The position numbers were made by a program, and so were the translations under genes. 64,000 nucleotides of DNA. Source: an uncultured Nitrospiraceae bacterium. Its GTDB lineage: Bacteria; Nitrospirota; Nitrospiria; Nitrospirales; Nitrospiraceae. The DNA lies in NCBI GenBank assembly GCA_963706325.1, contig CAVPLT010000001.1, positions 800,001-864,000 of the forward strand, written 5' to 3'. Every line of letters begins with the position of its first letter. Position 1 is the first letter of the stretch. Below are positions 60,132-64,000 of this stretch, in pieces. The notes beneath the pieces were generated by a model. The model did not search any database. It was not told the DNA's origin and was given only the letters and a program-made list of their open reading frames with translations.

Positions 60132-62765
60132 ATGCCTGATCCATTGATTCTTTCCCTGGAGGAGAGTCGCGATCGGCGTCTCGTCGGCGGCAAGGCGGCC
60201 GGCTTAGCAAAACTGATTGGTGCCGGCTTTGCGGTGCCGCGAGGATTTTGCGTGACGACGGCCCTGTATCGGCATTGCCTCGAAGCGAGTGGGATTGATG
60301 CGGCGGAGGCGTGGAAAAAGGTACGGCATTCTTCCGAAGCACAGCGAATTCAGGAGCAGGCACGCATTCGAGATGTGTTATTAGCGCAGCCCTGGCCGGC
60401 GGGATTCCAAGCCGATTTGAACCACCAATTGACGAATGTGGCTGACGACCCCTGGACGCGTTGGGCGGTGCGTTCTTCTGCGACCAATGAAGATGCGACC
60501 GAGGCGAGTGCCGCCGGGTTCTATCACACGGGACTCGGCCTGTCTCAGCCAGAGGTGCTCGATGCCATCCGCGACTGCTGGATCTCGTTGTGGTGCGCAC
60601 ACGTAGGTCCCTATCTACTGCGGTCTGGCGCGGACATGGTCTGTCCTGCCATGGCTGTGGTGGTTCAGCCAATGCTCGACGCGAAGGCGGCGGGCGTCGC
60701 CTACTCGATTCACCCAGTGACGGGGCGGACCTCCCAGGTTGCCATCAACGCCGTGCCTGGACTGGCATCCGCTCTTGTGAGCGGAGAAGTCACACCAGAC
60801 CAGTATGTGGTCGAGGTTGAAGGGGTATCTGCCCAGCCGCCGCGTATCCGGCGCCGGCTCGTGACCCGGAAGCTGCAGAAGTTGGTTGCGACTACGCAGG
60901 GCGTACGGCCGGAACCAATTCCGACCGCCGACGAACAGCAATCATCTCTCTCCGACGAACAACTCTTTGAACTTGCCAGGCTGTCGAAACTAATCGAAGC
61001 CGCATTTCAACAACCTGTCGATGTCGAATGGGTGTGGGATACCGAGCGGCTGTGGGTGCTGCAAGCGCGCCCGATCACGGCTGTGCGACCTCTCCGGACG
61101 CTGACGAACGATGAATGTGAGTGGACGCGGGCCAATTTCAAAGAAACTATGCCGGAATTGCCAAGCCCTCTGAGTATTTCCTTTCTTGAGCGCTTTATGG
61201 ACGAATACATACTCGCACCCTATCGGCGACTCGGTTGCACCATTCCCGAAGGACTTTCAGCGGTGCGAGTGTTGCGCGGACGTCCATACGTTAACGTGAC
61301 CCTGTTCTACTCGTTTGTCGTTCAGCTATACGGAAACCCGGCGTTTTTAACCGAGCAGATGGGTGGCGACCGCCTTACCGTGACTCCTCCTGTGCGGCCG
61401 CTCGGGCCGTTCGCTCTCCTCCGAGCGGGGTTTATCATGCTGCGGGAATGGCGCAGGGTAGCAAGGCAAGCGCCACTCAATTTCGCCATCATGAAACAGA
61501 TGTCGGAGAGGTACCGTTCCGATCACATCCAGCACCTGTCAGTACGGGACCTAACGGAGACACTCAACAATTTAGGCCAATGGCTTGACGACCATGAAGT
61601 CACCTTCGGGATCGTCGGTGGCGTGGCGCAGAGTCTCCAGGCCTTAGGAACGTTCCTGCCAGGGTGGCTTGGGCCGGACTGGCGGGAGTTACTCAATGCC
61701 TCCGTGCAAGGGCAGGGGAACGTGATTAGCGCACAGCAACTTGTGCGACTCGCCGAACTCGTAGAGGTTGCGCGGAGAGAGCCGGTAGTTCAACGATGGT
61801 TCTTAACGGAGGCCTGGTCGGCGCATCGTTTTCGAGAAACACTCGCGGGAACGGAGTTTCTGCGGTTGTTTGAACGCTACCTGCTGGATTATGGGCATAG
61901 GGCAGTCGGAGAATCTGATGTGATGTCTGTACGAATTGCGGAGCAGCCCGAAGCTATTTTGGCCGTGCTTCAGACACAAGTCCGGTCACATGAAACCGCC
62001 GCTCCCGCCGAGATTGTGGCGCGCCAGACGAAGCGGCGAGACGCAGCGATCGCAGAGATCACTCAGCGATTTGGCCGGTGCCGCTATCGGGGGATGATAT
62101 TTCGTTGGTGGTACAGGCGGCTTTGCCGATTTTGTGCCTTGCGAGAGGCCAACCGTCATCATCTTATGTACTATTCGACAGCCATGCGACATTTATTGCT
62201 CCGGCTGGGAGAGCGAATGGTGGACCAGGGCGCCATGGCCCACCGGGAGGATATATTTTTTCTCACGCTGGACGAACGCACGGCATTGGGACAGAGTTCA
62301 CAGTGCGACTGGCGTCAGTTGGTCCGGGATCGTCGCGAGGAACGGGCTCGTAACGAGGCCGTGCAGGTTCCCGACACGATTCGGGATTGGGATGAGACCG
62401 CCGACACTCAAAGCGGTCAGTTGATAGGCGTCGAAATAGACGGAGACTTGCGCGGCATTGCCATTAGCGCCGGGATAGCACGTGGTCCAGTACGGATCGT
62501 GCGGTTGGCTGCAGATTGGAAACGCGTGCAGGCGGGCGACATTCTGGTCGTGCCCGTGATCGATCCCGGCATGGCGCCACTCTTCGGCGTCGCGGCCGGT
62601 TTGGTCGCTGAGATGGGAGGCACGCTTTCGCACGGCGCCATCATCGCACGGGAGTATGGCCTTCCGGTCCTGGTCAATGTGCCCTATGCAACCAGCCTTT
62701 TGCGCGATGAGGAACGGGTCCAAATCACCAGTTCGACAGGCATAATCAAGCGGTTGGTCTCTTGA
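60132..62765 (+). CDS. PEP-synthase-family dikinase with rifampicin-phosphotransferase-like architecture
   Basis: ATP-grasp (GGKA, VRSSA.NED, S.AG, DVEW, LQARPIT), large central domain, C-terminal phospho-His domain GGTLSHGAIIAREYG. Confidence 0.88.
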   Translation: MPDPLILSLEESRDRRLVGGKAAGLAKLIGAGFAVPRGFCVTTALYRHCLEASGIDAAEAWKKVRHSSEAQRIQEQARIRDVLLAQPWPAGFQADLNHQLTNVADDPWTRWAVRSSATNEDATEASAAGFYHTGLGLSQPEVLDAIRDCWISLWCAHVGPYLLRSGADMVCPAMAVVVQPMLDAKAAGVAYSIHPVTGRTSQVAINAVPGLASALVSGEVTPDQYVVEVEGVSAQPPRIRRRLVTRKLQKLVATTQGVRPEPIPTADEQQSSLSDEQLFELARLSKLIEAAFQQPVDVEWVWDTERLWVLQARPITAVRPLRTLTNDECEWTRANFKETMPELPSPLSISFLERFMDEYILAPYRRLGCTIPEGLSAVRVLRGRPYVNVTLFYSFVVQLYGNPAFLTEQMGGDRLTVTPPVRPLGPFALLRAGFIMLREWRRVARQAPLNFAIMKQMSERYRSDHIQHLSVRDLTETLNNLGQWLDDHEVTFGIVGGVAQSLQALGTFLPGWLGPDWRELLNASVQGQGNVISAQQLVRLAELVEVARREPVVQRWFLTEAWSAHRFRETLAGTEFLRLFERYLLDYGHRAVGESDVMSVRIAEQPEAILAVLQTQVRSHETAAPAEIVARQTKRRDAAIAEITQRFGRCRYRGMIFRWWYRRLCRFCALREANRHHLMYYSTAMRHLLLRLGERMVDQGAMAHREDIFFLTLDERTALGQSSQCDWRQLVRDRREERARNEAVQVPDTIRDWDETADTQSGQLIGVEIDGDLRGIAISAGIARGPVRIVRLAADWKRVQAGDILVVPVIDPGMAPLFGVAAGLVAEMGGTLSHGAIIAREYGLPVLVNVPYATSLLRDEERVQITSSTGIIKRLVS

Positions 62766-62857
62766 CGTTTGTTTTCTTTTCTCGTAGCATCTACGCGATT
62801 TCCCTACAGAAAGCGTCGAGAAATATCCAGCCGTTCTGCATGTGGTAGGGAAGCGTC

Positions 62858-64000
62858 ATGATCGATCTAGGTTCATCAACATTCCTGATCGGGATCGCAA
62901 TCGGCTTGGTGGCGGGATTTTCGTTTGCCGGTTGGTGGGTGTCCTCCCGCGTTCAAGCGCGTTTACAAGCCCACATCATGGCGGTGACGGAACGGGCGCT
63001 GCACGCCGATGCCATAGGTGCTGCATTGGAGCAGCGTCGGGCGGAACAAGCTGCAGAAGTGGAACGGTTACAGCAAGCTTTGACTGAATCCCGAGAAGGT
63101 CGAACGAAGGCCGAAACGCGCATGGAAGAGGTCACTCGCAACCTGGAGGATCAAAAAGTCATGCTGGCGCAGGCGAGACAGGAACTGCATGCATCCTTCG
63201 ACGTGTTATCGGGACAAGCCTTAAAGCAGAATAACGAAGCATTCTTGGACCTCGCACGAACGTCCTTTGCAACATTGCAGGCGGAGGCCAAGGGGGACTT
63301 ATCCCAGAGACAGCAAGCGATTGATGAGCTGGTCAAGCCGTTAGAAGAATCGCTGCGCCGCTACGAAGACCAACTGCGGCAGGCCGAACAGGTCCGACAG
63401 CGAGAGTATGGCGGACTGGATCAGCAGCTCAGATTCATGGCTGAATCGCACCAGCGGCTTCAGCAAGAAACCGGCAATCTGGTGAAAGCCTTACGATCTC
63501 CGTCCGTGCGCGGGCGCTGGGGTGAGATGACATTGCGTCGCGTGGCCGAACTCGCGGGCATGGTCGCCCATTGCGACTTTCTCGAGCAGGATACGGTATC
63601 ATCAGCAGAGGGGCTCTTACGTCCGGATATGGTGGTGTGTTTGCCGGGCGGCCGGCAGATCGTGGTCGATGCGAAAACGGTCTTGGCGGCCTATCTTGAT
63701 GCCTATGAGGCTCAAGACGAGCCTCAGCGACAGGCACATTTGCTTCGCCATGCCGGCCAAGTGCGAACCAGAATGGATGCGCTCAGCTTGAAAGCCTACT
63801 GGACGCAGTTCGATCAAACACCAGAATTTGTCGTCCTCTTTCTACCCGGCGAGCAATTTCTCGGTGCCGCGTTGGAGCAGGACCCGACACTGATCGAAGA
63901 TGGCTTTGCCCAGGGTGTCGTAGTGGCGACACCCACGACGCTGATGGCGCTCTTGCGAGCGGTAGCGTATGGGTGGCGTCAGGAACAGTTGACCGAGCAT
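62858..64000 (+). CDS. rmuC: DNA recombination protein RmuC (3' end cut by window)
   Basis: N-terminal TM, coiled coil, [32 protein letters not shown]. Confidence 0.93.
   Translation, partial: MIDLGSSTFLIGIAIGLVAGFSFAGWWVSSRVQARLQAHIMAVTERALHADAIGAALEQRRAEQAAEVERLQQALTESREGRTKAETRMEEVTRNLEDQKVMLAQARQELHASFDVLSGQALKQNNEAFLDLARTSFATLQAEAKGDLSQRQQAIDELVKPLEESLRRYEDQLRQAEQVRQREYGGLDQQLRFMAESHQRLQQETGNLVKALRSPSVRGRWGEMTLRRVAELAGMVAHCDFLEQDTVSSAEGLLRPDMVVCLPGGRQIVVDAKTVLAAYLDAYEAQDEPQRQAHLLRHAGQVRTRMDALSLKAYWTQFDQTPEFVVLFLPGEQFLGAALEQDPTLIEDGFAQGVVVATPTTLMALLRAVAYGWRQEQLTEH

Noticed and set aside
76..63817. Many long antisense or alternate-frame ORFs in the track (e.g. 76-894, 4307-5110, 35968-36777, 53876-54709)
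   Set aside because: They overlap well-supported genes and carry no motifs; shadow ORFs are expected in GC-rich DNA.
1..64000. CRISPR array, intact IS/transposase, prophage or rRNA
   Set aside because: No regularly spaced repeats, cas, transposase, phage structural genes or rRNA-like sequence were seen.

Overview
Bacterial chromosomal window. The gene order and an interspersed repeat resemble Nitrospira; that assignment is my inference, not a database result. Two housekeeping blocks dominate: hisC-aroF-tyrA-aroA-cmk-plsC-rpsA-sppA-ihfB (1-8.7 kb) and argD-argF-argG-argH-lipoprotein-lysA-dapA-dapB, then fsa (46.5-56.9 kb). Between and around them lie an FG-GAP lipoprotein, a D,D-carboxypeptidase, a LysR regulator divergent from a lipidated truncated hemoglobin, gdhA, lipB, an HtrA protease, a sigma-70 factor, trmI, aroE/aroK, a Pal-like lipoprotein, DUF3422, two PilZ proteins, zwf, msrA, ttcA, gpmA, a UDG, a lytic transglycosylase, a glycerate kinase, an RPH-like dikinase and a truncated rmuC. 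The stretch ~6.4-8.8 kb has about ten single-base frameshifts, several in the normally essential rpsA, and is most likely a sequencing or assembly artefact. tRNA-Arg(TCG) at 25058-25134 anchors a ~5.3 kb decayed island that ends in a degenerate copy of the tRNA 3' half (30475-30511). The island carries an ADH, an ADH fragment, a VOC pseudogene and an intact two-gene module: a secreted Ig-like protein plus a PEP-CTERM-anchored metzincin-type protease. That module is the best candidate for an undescribed system. Other leads are a coupled zinc-peptidase/ATP-grasp pair, two tandem paralogous 47-aa Cys4 microproteins, a four-repeat PCP_red-like protein, an acidic 54-aa microprotein and two MITE-like repeats.
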